DNA from: the human T2T-CHM13v2.0 reference genome, Homo sapiens
DNA length: 64,000 bases
Reading direction: 5' to 3' (one strand)
NCBI RefSeq assembly: GCF_009914755.1
Contig: NC_060930.1
The notes under the pieces are model-generated. The model was not told where the DNA came from. It saw only the letters and a program-made list of their open reading frames with translations, and made no database searches. Each line of letters opens with the position of its first letter. Position 1 is the first letter of the stretch. Shown here in pieces: positions 46,121 to 58,143 of the stretch. The translations under genes and the position numbers were made by a program.

Positions 46121-47736
46121 GTTCATCCACCTGTCTATTTGCACATGGAGGACTTTTCAAGATGTCAGGATGCCCTTCCATCACCCCACCACCGCCACCC
46201 CAACTTGACTTTCAAGAACACATTTCAAGCTCTGGCCAGAGTCCCGTTCCTCAAATTCATGTGTTCTCTCCTTTCTACCAGAGGGATAGAGCCCATGCCT
46301 CAACCTATCCAGAGTTCAAATCAAAGAGTCCCCAGTGTGATTCAATTGTTTGCCTTTCACGTTTCGCAAATTTTCCAATCTCCCACTCACGTTTTTACAA
46401 AACGAATGCTCTAAATTCTGAGGATTCCAGGCAGGCCATCCATAGAGAAATAACTTTTTCTTGCTCATTCCCTTACAACCCCAATCTATACATGGATTTT
46501 TAGAAAGTCTTCATGGCTATCTATAGTTCCCTACCAATAATTTGAAGCCTTTGCTTTAGGCAGGAGGCATGTGGCTATGAATAGGGAACACGTAGATTTG
46601 ACCCTGGTTCTGCATCCAACTAGCTGTTTCTTGAAAGAGCCTGGATCCTCAGTTTTCCCATCTCTGCAAGCAGGGATAACGGTAATGAGAATGATAATAA
46701 TCATTATATGCAGACCTTCCTCTTTCATCTTACAGAGGCTTAGTGAGGCTTAAATGAGATTATATCTGTAAAATCCCTTGGTAAAGGAAAAGCTCCGTGA
46801 AAATGTCAGTTACTTTTACTAAGTGGCGGGTAGTGAATTATCTGTGCCTAGACCCAAACTGAAAGTGTCTCAGGCAGGAAGTTCCAAGGGATGTATGTTT
46901 ATAGCATCCAGGCAATGATCTTTTTTTTTCCACGAACTAAAATACCTCTTTTTGGTATCTATTGACTCTTTCTCTCTCTCTTTCTGTCTCTCTTTCACCT
47001 TGCACCTCTCCCTAATGCTCTCTAAATTTGTCCAGAGCTTTCTTTTTCCTAGAAATCCAGAGAGCAAAGTCAGAGCCTGGCACCTGCAGATAGGATAACA
47101 CTGGTGTCTGATGGTGAGGCTGCCCAGTCCCATCAGGAGCCTCAGCCAAGGAGGGGCCTGGGCACACTCAGGTCCCCATGGTTGTCCATTGAATGGAGTG
47201 AGGATCAAGGTGGGAATGACTGGGTGGTGGCTGCCACTAGCCCAGGAACATGACAACGTGACCACACCACACATGCCTCCAACACACACCCACAGTCTAA
47301 ACATCTCTCCTTCTCAGTGAGCCCTTCTCCCATTCCAGATCATCAGCACACCCACACCCACCATAGGTCTCTCTTCTCCGGTCTTCCCAGAAGGGTAAAA
47401 CTCCCAGCCTACCCTGCTCCAGCTTCAGCCCAGGTAGTTGGTGTGTCTCAATATGAATAGGGGGTGAGTAGCTTCATAGAAAGAATGGGGAACTCCCTTG
47501 GCCTCAAGCCAGTATAGTTTGGAAGTTGGGGGTCGGGGATGTTAAGGGTGGGGAGTATCCTGCCTGTGACCTCTAGGTTATGAAAACTATCTTAGAAGGT
47601 GCTTTTAGAAAGAACCAGGAGAACAACCAAAGCAGCTTACAGACGCCTGAACGGAGAATGAAGTGTTTCAAGTAAGCGAGTCTGCAAGTTCTCAGAAGCA
47701 GACAGATATCCAATCTGGACTGCAGCCAGGGAAGTC

Positions 47737-47773
<37 letters not shown>

Positions 47774-48272
47774 ATTGCTTGTATGACTTCACAAGCAACT
47801 CAGGATCATTCTAGCAGGCTTTCCCACTGTCAAACAGAGACTTCATTCTAAAAAGAGAAGTGATAAACAGAGCTCCAGCTCTGCTAGCTCTATATATTTA
47901 CTGATTAGTGGAAAGCACTGACCAAGGAGACTTTTAAGCCAGTGGTTCTTCAGAATCACCTAGATGCCTCCACCCTCCAGAGATCCAGAGTCCAGGAGTC
48001 TGAAGTGGGGCCCCAGGTGATGTCATTGCTGCTGGTCCCAGGACCACATTTTAACAATCAATGTTTTCAGATGTCTCATGAGGAACACTACTTAATGCAG
48101 TGGGAAAGAAAATATTTCAGAGGAGAATTTTTTCTTAAAGAAGCTGCATATTCTGGACTCTAATTTAGTTTAATTCACTCCAGGATGGCACGCAGGATTC
48201 CTAATTCTTAAATGCCATTCAGTCTGGACTTCAAATCACTTGTCTTCAGAAAATAAAAGATTTGTTCCACCC
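45889..48272 (+). other. TCF21: TCF21 non-coding terminal exon 3 (long 3'UTR isoform)
   Basis: Donor GAG|GTGCGA at 44545, long pyrimidine tract plus TAG acceptor ending at 45888, AATAAA at 48252-48257 followed by a GT-rich element; agrees with the known three-exon TCF21 isoform. Confidence 0.7.
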
Positions 48273-48389
48273 GGGTGTGTGGACATGGATGCGCTCATCC
48301 TGTGTTCTCAGACAGATTTCAGTCATTAGATGATGTTTTTAAGTCCTGAGTGGATTAAAGCCAGACTTCTGTTGGCTCCGTTGCGACCT

Positions 48390-49160
48390 CTAAGGGAGAG
48401 AGAAATCTGGGCTCCCTGGAATCACGTCCCCTGCAAGAGAGTCCCTTGGTCCATTCTCGGGCCAGAAAAAAATCTCCCCATCACTCCAGTGCGAGTGGTT
48501 GGCCTTGCTCTGGTCCGGCACTGTGTGCGTCGGGAAGTCGGCCTGGAGTTGGGGTTGCAGGGACGCCACGGCTGGTGGCGAGCGCAGCAGGAGTGCCTGG
48601 AGAGCTCGCGGCCAGCGGGGAGCTGAGCGCAAAGGCGGAGGAGGGAAGCAGCCTCTGAGGCTTCCCCGCCTGGGAGAAGAGTTTTTGGAAGTAGGCGAGA
48701 CGGGGAAGGAGTTCTGAGCCTCAGTCCGCACAGCCTCCTTTCCGTCCCTTTCCGGGTGCAATCTCCGGGCCAGCGGGTGCGTGTCCCGCTGCAGATCCGC
48801 TGGCTCAGGGATGAGGCGCAGGGCAGGTTCTGGGTTACGTCCCCACACCGCGGGGAACCCAGGTGCGAGCGGGGCGCAGCTGGCCTGCCAACATCCTTTC
48901 TTAGCTTTGCATCCTTCGCTCCAAATGCTGGCTCTGCCCTTGGAAACTCGCTGGTTGCCAGCAGCATTCTTCAGAGTCCGCCGGGCTTCCTTCAGGCGTT
49001 TGGAGGAACACGCCTTTGATCTTTGGGTCTGGGCAGGCTGCGCGGGCCCACCCTCCTTCCAGTTCACCGAAAGATTAACCACCTCCAAGGACTATTTAAG
49101 AGCCCCTCTCAGGGCCGAACGGGGAGAAAGGGTGGGAAAAGGAGGAGAGAGCATCCCTTT
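48390..49160. promoter_or_regulatory. CpG island immediately downstream of the distal TCF21 poly(A) site
   Basis: High GC and CpG density in non-repeat sequence. Confidence 0.75.
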
Positions 49161-49839
49161 AGAATGCCCCAGAGTGACGAGAACAGACTTCTCAAAAACA
49201 GTGTCAGGCGGTCTTTTGTACCCAGCACTCAGTGTAGTGCCTGACACCTCAATAAATGTTGAATCATGAATGAATCATTAACTCTTTGAGGCTACAAGAT
49301 AGATAAGATAGAGAGTAATGGGGCAAAGTGACAATGGGCTGTTGTGGTTACATTGAACTTGAACTTGAACCTCTTACCTTGAAGTCTGGGCGCACATTTG
49401 AGAAAAGAATAAAGCAAGTAGGTATGATGGGACTGGGTGAAATCAGGTGGTGGTGGATTGTTTGCAGCACTCACGAAATATGCTCTCTCCTTTTCCAGTA
49501 AAATATATTACTAGATGTTAATTTACATGGCCCGTAGACTAGAATCATTAGTTTAAAATGTGCTTTGATAATGAAAATGATTTGAGACACTAAGCAGATT
49601 ACATGACCTTATTTTAAAATTAATCCAGTTGGTGATGAGGAAGTAATGTATTGCTTTTCACAGATGTAGGTGAGACACTGGTATAGTGGAAAGAGCTTTT
49701 GACTGAGTTCTTGGACAAGATACTAGACCTTTCAGGACCTTGGTTCTTCCATCTCTTTAAAATGAGTATAATAATGACTACTTTTGTGAGATAATGTGTA
49801 ATTGGACAATGCCTGGAACATAATAGACACTAGTTAATA

Positions 49840-50045
49840 TTGGGTTCAAGCGATTCTTCTGCCTCAGTCTCCCAAGTAGCTGGGATTATAGGCATCCACT
49901 ACCATGCCCAGCTCATTTTTGTATTTTTAGTAGAAACGCGGTTTCACCATGTTGGCCAGGCTGGTCTCGAACTCCTGACCTCAGGTGATCCACCCACTCG
50001 GCCTCCCAAAGTGCTGGGATTACAGGTTTGAGCCACTGCACCTAG
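49840..50045 (-). mobile_element. Partial AluS (3' part missing)
   Basis: Reverse Alu starting abruptly at TGGGTTCAAGCGATTCT with no tail. Confidence 0.88.
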
Positions 50046-50074
50046 TCTTTTTTTTTTTCTTAACAATCATACTT

Positions 50075-50858
50075 ATCCTCCCTAAAAGAAAAACTCTCCC
50101 TTTCTGTACAGTCACAACACTTCTGACACCAAATGTGTGGAGTTTTCCCACATACAAATGGATTCTCCAATTCTCTATGGACACCAACTGGGTGTCCTAC
50201 AATTCAATTCTGATGCTAACTCCTTGCTAATTTGCTATAACAGCTCACAAACACTTATTTACAGTTACTAGTTTATTATAAAGGATATCACAAAGGACAC
50301 AGATGAACTAGTTTATTATTTACAGTTACTAGTTTATTACAAAGAATAGCTTATTATAAAGGATATTGCAACAGATACAGATGAATAGCCAGATGAAGAA
50401 GTATATAGAGCAAGGTTTTAAAGGGTCCTGAGCATGAGATCTTCTGTTCCCATGGAGGCAGAGTGTCCCACCCTCCCAGTAAGCGGATGTGTTCACCAAC
50501 CCAAAAGCACTCTGAGCCTTGTTGTTTAGGGGTTTTGTGGAGATCCCATTACATAGTCATGATTGATTAAACAATTGGCCATAAGGGATTGAACTCAAAT
50601 TTCCAGCCCCTTTTCCCTCCCTGGAGGTGAAGTGGGGCTGAAAATGCTGACCCTCTAATCACAAGGCTGGTTCCTCAGGCAACCAGTTGCTATACCTTAG
50701 CTGTCTATGGACCATGCAGTGATTCCAGCCACCAGCCATCTCATTAGCATGCAAAAAAAAAAAAAAATTCTTATCACTCAGGAGATTCCAAGAGTCTTAG
50801 AAGCTCTTGTGCCAAGAACCAGGACAGAGACCAAATCTATATTTTATATTATATCACC
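50075..50858. mobile_element. MER21-like LTR with an internal local duplication at about 50255-50390
   Basis: CAACACTTCTGACACCAAATGTGTGG...GGACACCAACTGGGTGTCCTACAATTCAATTCTGA...CATCTCATTAGCAT motifs. Confidence 0.7.
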
Positions 50859-52339
50859 AAATAATATTCCCCTTGAATGAAAGCAATCTAAGACATCTCT
50901 AAACCCAGGAGAATTTTTTAAAACTAACTGGGTCATATAGTTACAAGTAATAAAAATCCATACAAACTAGCTCCAATAAAAAGGGGAATTAGGTATTGTA
51001 AAGATAGTCCAGAGAATCTGGCTGACATCTCCTGGCAGAAAATAAATTGTAACAAGGAATTAGGGAATATCCCCTGGGAAACTGAAAAGTTAGGAGTGAA
51101 ACTCTCTCCTCTCTGGAGCTGGAGCTCTCTGGGCCCTTGTCTCTGTTTTCTCTGCCAGTCTTCTGCATTTTGTCCTCTGCAACCTAATTTTCTGTGCTGG
51201 CTCACTTTCAACTGCTTCTGAACTATCGATTTCACATAGGTTTGGTTTATTAAGTTGCTGACTATGGCCCCAATTCTGCAAGAACTGAATTCAGTTGCAA
51301 ACTCCACTATCCAAAGCTTACATCTCCATATCTTTTGAATTTGAATTTTCAAGATAGAGACCACTACTAACTTCATCTAGAGGCTGTGGTTAGATTCTCC
51401 AGGCAGTTGTATGCCTCTTATCCCATCAGCTGTAGTTGGCTGGAGATGGGTTGGCTGTTGGCTGGGGCAGCTTTTTGCAATGGAGGCTTTGAATGCAACA
51501 AGAATCCCAAATCGGTTTGCTACAAACATAATACAATGCCATAAGGCCTGGGGTGTCTACATATGGACCACCTGGGTTTATTCTGCTACTCCAATGGGGA
51601 GCAACATGTTTTTGGAAAAAGGTCATGTTCTCAGGTCTTATTGTGTCTATGATGTGGGGAAGGAGCAGAGATAACAACAAAACAAATTCATATAACCTAA
51701 ATGATCTACTTTATGGACTAGAACAATCTTATTGAGGAAATCACTAGCACTTTTTAGCCAGTAAAATGTTATTGTAAGGCACATTTAAGAAATAACAGCA
51801 CAGACTAAGATTTCTTAATTTTTTTCATCCATTTGCATTCATGAAGCACATTTATAGAGGCTATCATATTTCATCTTCAAAACAACCCTGACCCAGAGGT
51901 ATTATTATCCTCACTTTTTTTTATAGGGCAACTGAAACTCAGAGATGGAAAATAAATTGCCAAGAGCTATATAGTGAAAAAGTGGCAGAAAGCTGAGTAT
52001 AGAATTCTTTTATTTTGTTGAAACTACCTTGAATGTAGGAGGGTCCCAGAATAAAAGAAATTTTAAAAACTGTAGCCATACAAAGGAAAGAAATACTTCC
52101 AATAAAAGCATGACATTAAGCCTTTTTAAAATTAGAATTTGTATTTTATACTTACTTAAGGATCTCTTTTAGACTTATTTATAACTTTATTTTAATCCTA
52201 TATTGCCATTAAGGATACATAAAAGGAAATTATAAGCAAAATAAACTAGTTAAAATATTCCAAAAATTATTTTATATTCAGAGCCTAATTCATTCTGAAT
52301 CATTTAGTCAATCCCAGTGATGAAAGTCTTGTGACTTTT

Positions 52340-53190
52340 TATTACGTAAGTTTTTGTCATAAAAGAAACCATCCTGAAACCCAGTGGCTTAAAAGCAATA
52401 AGCTTTAGTTGTTACTCAGGAATCTGAGTTAGTTAAGAGGCTCTGCTGATCTGAGCTGAGCTCTACTGTTCTTGCTGGGGCTTGCCCATACATTTTTGGC
52501 TGGCTGTCTATTTGGCTAGGAGCTAGCTGGTCAAGAACAGCCTCACTCACATGCCTGGTGGCTGGCCAGTTATTGGCTAGGGTATGAGGAAAACCAAACC
52601 ATGCATTTTTTTTTTTTTTTTTTTAGACAGGGTCTGCCTCTGTCACCCAGGCTGGAGTGTAGTGACACAATCTTGGCCCACTGCAACCTCCACCTCCTGT
52701 GCTCAAGCAATCCTCCCACCTCAGCCTCCCAAGTAGCTGGGACTACAGGTGCATACCACCACACCCAGCTTTTTTTCTTTTTTAGTAGAGACAGGGTTTC
52801 ACCATGTTGCCCAGGCTGGTCTCGAACTCCCGACCTCAAGCAACTCACCTAGCTTGGCCTCCCAAAGTGCTGGGATTACAGGTGTGAGCCACTGGGTCCA
52901 GCTAAACCATGCATCTCTAATCATCCCATAGGCTAGTTTGTTCTTGTAGCAACTAGGGAGGGAACAGAAAGTCATAAGGCCTGTTGGACCTAGGTTTACA
53001 ACAGGTATAGTGCCACTTCTGCTGTGTTCTATTGGCTAAAGCCAGTCACAAGGGCATCCCAGATTCAAGAGATAGGGAAATAAATTTTACCTCTCAATGG
53101 GAGAAACTACAAATGCACTTTGCTTAGAACATGTAGACTGTGTACGTGTGGAAATTTAGAACTATTTTTATAATTAATCTACCACACAAA
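52340..53190 (-). mobile_element. Old MLT1 LTR, interrupted by an Alu
   Basis: CCCAGTGGCTTAAAA...TTCTATTGGCTAAAGCCAGTCACAAGG...CCCAGATTCAAG MLT1 text. Confidence 0.7.
52606..52903 (-). mobile_element. AluJ element
   Basis: Reverse Alu; TSD AAACCATGCAT at 52596-52606 and 52904-52914. Confidence 0.92.
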
Positions 53191-53501
53191 AGTTTTTTTA
53201 AAAAAATTCTTTGGCCCTTCTGAATAATTTTCCACTTTGAAAGGTCAATATCTAGTGATTTACCACCCAATTTTATCTTCTGGTTTATTAAGAACATTTC
53301 TTAGAAGAGTTCTCTGTTATCTCTGTAATTTTCTTCCAAGCAACTGATACCCATTCTATAGTTTTAATATTGACTCTTTCTTGATATTTTTGGCAGGGAG
53401 CATAATGAAAATAGCAACATAAATTAGTCACACCAAGCTTTCTTTTACTTATTCTTACAAATTTGGAGGTTTCCCTAACCCTAGTTGCATTGTTTGGCCT
53501 G

Positions 53502-53979
53502 TGTAGTGGGCTAAATGGTGGCCTCAAAGAAATCAGATTCTAATTCCTGGAAACCGTAAATATTACCTTAATTGGAAGAAGGGTCTTTGCAGATATGATT
53601 AACGATTTTGAGATGGAGAGATTATCCTTGGTTGTTTGGGTAGGCCCTAAATGCCATCACAAGTGTCCTTATAAGAGAAAGGGAGAGGGGGATTTGATGC
53701 ACAGAAGAGAAAATGGTGATGTGAAGACAGAAGTAGAGATTTAAATGATGCAGCCACAAACAAAGGAAGAGTAGCAGCCACCAGAAACCAGAAGAGGCAA
53801 GGAAGAGATTGTCCCCTAAAGCCTCCAAGGGAACATGGCTCTGCCTACACCTTGATTTCAACCCAACAAAACTGTCATTGAACTTCCAGCCTCCAGAACT
53901 AAGAGAAGAGTAAATTATTGTCAGCTGAAGGCACCAAGTTTGTGGAAATTTATTAAGGCAGCCACAGGAAACTAATACA
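53502..53979 (+). mobile_element. MLT1C/D solo LTR
   Basis: TGTAGTGGGCTAAATGGTGG...GGAAACTAATACA with 5-bp TSD GCCTG at 53497-53501 and 53980-53984. Confidence 0.87.
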
Positions 53980-54333
53980 GCCTGTGTTAGGCAATCCTTT
54001 GCATGTATCTCAGTAACCAAATATCACAGGATCATCTACTTATTGTTTACTTTTTTTCTTATGCCCCAAAAAGCACTTTGATGTTAACTTGTAAGAAAAT
54101 ATGGAATTATGGATATTCTTCCAATGGCAAATGCCTTTGTTACTACACATTGATTCTCTATTTCCATTACTTTCTATGCATAAAATAACATTTTTTCAAT
54201 ATGGAATCAGAGCATAATCTTTGTAAAGACATTCTTCAACTGCAGTTGAATCCATTATAGCTCCGACAATACAAATTGTTGAAACAAAGAGACCAATGTT
54301 AAGATGCATCCTGATTTTAGAAATGTGAAAATG

Positions 54334-54637
54334 GGCCAGGCGTGGTAATTCACATCTATAATCTCTGTACTCTGGGAGGCCAAGGCGGGTGGATCACTTG
54401 AAGTCAGGAGTTCGAGTCCAGCCTGCCCAACATGATAAAACCCCATCTCTACTAAAAATACAAAAATTAGCCAGGTGTGGTGGTGTGTGACTGTAATCCC
54501 AGCTACTCCAGAGGCTGAGGCAGCAGAATCACTTGAACTCAGGAGGCAGAGGCTGCAGTGGGCTGAGATTGTGCCACTGCATTCCAGCCTAGGTGGCAGA
54601 GAGAGACTCCATCTCAAAAAAAAAAAAAAAAAAAAAA
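54334..54637 (+). mobile_element. AluS element
   Basis: Alu dimer, pure A tail, GTGAAAAT repeated on both flanks. Confidence 0.92.
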
Positions 54638-55628
54638 GTGAAAATTTGGGGAGAAAATGCATCTTAGAATGATGATATATAGTAACTCATTTCACTCTGA
54701 GCTGGACTCTACTGTTCTTGCTGGGGCTTGCTCTTATATCTGTGGCTGCCTGGCTATATGCATCATCATTGAGTGTCCACCGTATGCATGACCCTGTGCT
54801 ACACATTGGAAATAGCTGAATTAGAGGACACGTTCCTGACTTCCAGCTTGAGTATTCCTCAGAAGACCCAATCACTTTTCTGCAAGGACCTGGCAGGGGA
54901 GGGCAATCTTGTGTTCTGAAAACTGCCAGCTGTGCCAGTTTCCACAAGGGTCAGCTACCAGGACATGCTGGCTGCCCCTGCCGTACTCTACCACTAGGCT
55001 ACTGACACCTCAGCCTGCCATTCATGTAGCTAGCCCAAAATGGAGCACTCCCACCTGCCTCTATCCCAGACTAACCAATTAACCAATGGTGGGCAAGTAT
55101 CTGAAGAAGTGATTCCAAAAGATCCCTCCCTGTATCTAAGGTAGTTGTCCTGGAGGTTTTTATTTTCCCAAGGCTGAAATTGGACTCTGGCCATTTGGAG
55201 ATGAGCTATATACGGTGGGCCATCATTCTGCTACATGGATATGGGCAGCCATCTTGTAAATATGTACTTTTGGTCCTAAGTGAAAAAATTTTTAAATATG
55301 ATAGATGTGTTCACAGAAACTTACCTCCACTACTGGAAAATCAACTCAAAAACTATGAATGATAGACCATCAGAGTGATAGCTGAGCTAATTTTTCATTC
55401 CCCACCTCCCAAGGCCCTCTGCATCATCTTAGGGACCATCCCCTCAAACAGTTCATCAATTTTCCAAACCTTTTTGTCTCTAGAACCTGTCTTTTGCTTT
55501 TTCTTCTCTTTTGAATCTTATACATTAACTCATAAATTATATGATACTGAATTCCACTATCCTTCTCAATATTTCATATCAGGTACATTCAAATGTATTA
55601 GAATAAGTTTTTTAAAAAGTAATATTTC

Positions 55629-55927
55629 CTTTTTTGGGGGGGGGGGGGGACGGGGTCTCACTTTGTCACCCAGGCTGGAGTGCAGTGGCGCGATCTTGGC
55701 TCCCTACAGCCTCTATGTCCTGGGCTCAAGCGATCCTCACACCTCAGCCACCCAAGTGGCTAGGACTACTGTGTGCTACCTTGCCTGGCTAATTTTTTAA
55801 TATTATTTATAGAGACAGCGTTTCTCCATGTTACCCAGGCTGTTCTCAAACTCCTGAGCTCAAGCGATCAGCCCACCTTGGCCTCCCAAAGTGCTAGAAT
55901 TACTGGCGTGACCCATAACACCAACCA
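55629..55927 (-). mobile_element. AluJ with a G14 run at the tail junction
   Basis: TTTTTT GGGGGGGGGGGGGG ACGGGGTCTC followed by a reverse Alu. Confidence 0.88.
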
Positions 55928-56015
55928 AAAAGTGGTATTTTCAAAAGCTCATAGATAGACTTGAGCTTGGATGCTCTGCCATCTAGCTGCTCTGACCCCA
56001 AGCAAATCCTTTAAT

Positions 56016-57067
56016 GGAAGCTGATCATAATCCCAAAAGACACAATCCCAAATGCTATAAACCTGAATGTTGGAATCCCAAAAGATCAGAATCTCAAAAA
56101 TATAATTCTGAAAAAAAAATTTAATTTTTTAAAAGATTTTTATTTATACTTTAAAAAGGGGATTTACTTGAGAAGCATAAAAATGCAACAGAAGGCTTCA
56201 TAGGCCACTTTACATAATAAAATAAGCCATAATAATGTATATATTTTTGCAAACATAGGCACTCAGGCATACTAGTGACAGTCACATGGACAAAACAGTT
56301 ATGAGCAGACAAATTGTATTCACAAGGAAGTAGGTCAGAAAAGGAAATGGATCAATGCATATCACTATGGTTGGTAGTTGAGTGTACCCAACTTTATAAC
56401 TCTGGCCATCTGAAATACCATGATGAACAACCATAACCTTCTGATAAGATCAATTGAAAACCTCAATGGGTCACCACCACATATACAGTTACCCTAAGAG
56501 CTGAGATCTTGAGAAATCTTACCTTTCACAAATGCAGATGTACAAAAGAACATCTATTCATTTATTGAAGAAGTTTTAACATTTTTATGTACATGCACAA
56601 TGCTTACACACAAAGGCAACATTCTGATAATGCATCTTCATGGAGTCAAATTTGCAAAACATGCATAAAACAAATTAGAATGCTCTAAAAGTCTCTATAC
56701 GATTTATACCTCCAATATTGGAAATGATGTGAAGATTAAATACATAGCGTGTAGAATTATAAGAAATAATGCTGACAATTTAAAATAGTGAAAATTTTTA
56801 AAAAAAGGAAAAGCAAATTTAAAAACTAAAAAGAAAATTCAGCATATAAACAAGTATAATATAGGGATAGATTTGGGCAATTTGCATGGAGATGGTTCAT
56901 AAGAGCTTGTCAAATATAATCCAACTATCCTGTGATGGTGATGTTTGAGATTTTGGGATTTGGGGATTTTAGGATTTTTAGAGTTTGAGGATTTTGCTCT
57001 TTCAGGATTTCAACATTAACAATTATGGTGTTTAAAAATGTGTCTTTTGGTATTATAATCCAAACTG
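56016..57067. mobile_element. Ricksha (MULE/MuDR) non-autonomous DNA transposon inserted in a MIR
   Basis: Long imperfect TIRs (GATCATAATCCCAAAAGACACA... / ...TGTGTCTTTTGGTATTATAATC); degenerate 9-bp TSD TCCTTTAAT at 56007-56015 and TCACTTAAT at 57068-57076. Confidence 0.82.
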
Positions 57068-58097
57068 TCACTTAATCTCTCTGTGCCTTGGTTTCTTCAC
57101 CAGTAAGATTTCTAAAGTTCCTTCTAACATTAAAAACAATTTTTTAAAAGTTACAACTCTAGAGAAGAATCCCAAGGTTTTTGAACCAGACTGTTATTTG
57201 GTCTGATAAATACCCCACCCGGTCTCAACTGTATGCTATAGGAAGTCTTAAAAACTAGTTAGGACCAATACCAAAAAGAGCATGAAATTGCTTCTAAGAC
57301 TGTCTCTCTCTCATTAGAATGAGTTCCTTCTCCACATTCCATAATATTTAAAAAAAAATCCTGAAACGAATTATACATTCACATCTGTTTAGTTACTGTT
57401 ATGACCCTAGGTCTGGGACCCATCTCAACTTTGCTTATGGCTGCATAAGCAAAATGGGGCTGAGAAGAGAAGGATGATGTCCCTCTGTGAGAAGAGAGCA
57501 TGGTACTCCGAGAACTTGCTAAACCTTCAAAACATTTAATATTTTATCATATGTTATTTGTTCCATCTACAGTTTAGCTAACCATTCCATGATTTCCAGG
57601 TATTTAGGTTGTGTCTGATTTTGCAGTTTTGCTTGGAGCTGGGATGCCCATCTTAGATCCTTGTCTCCATCTTCCAGAAGTAGACTTCTGGGCCAAAGAT
57701 CATGACCAGTTTTAGGATGTTGATACACATTTCTAAATCGCTTCTTATTTTATACCCCACCAGAAATCACTTAGTTCACTACTAGGACTCAATTTTTAAT
57801 TTAACTTTTTTTTCCTCTTGCCATAGAGGGAAGTCTAACCATTCTGCAGGTTAAGAGAATGATTGACTGAGATGAATGAGTTTATTTCCTCTCCACTAAT
57901 TCATACCATGACCACTTTTGGATCAATTTTCAACTTTTTAAAAAACGTTCTTGGGCAAAGACTGAAGGAGAACATGAAACAATGAGAACAATTAAAACTA
58001 CATCTGTGGGGGAGTGAATAAACTGGCTTCCAACTTTTTGTTTTTCCAGTCCATCTCTAAGAACCTTTAAAGACACAGTACACCATGAGAGGCTTCT

Positions 58098-58143
58098 ACC
58101 CCCGAAACCAGAAACCCCCGAAACCAGAAACCCCCAAAACAGA
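58098..58143. repeat. 16-bp tandem repeat, about 2.8 copies
   Basis: ACCCCCGAAACCAGAA x2 followed by ACCCCCAAAACAGA. Confidence 0.9.

Noticed and set aside
48330-49269. Overlapping ORFs of 70-232 aa
   Set aside because: Expected stop-codon scarcity in a CpG island; no recognisable protein features.
54270-54690. Short DNA-transposon-like sequence flanking the Alu
   Set aside because: It looks repeat-derived, but I cannot assign a family or both ends.
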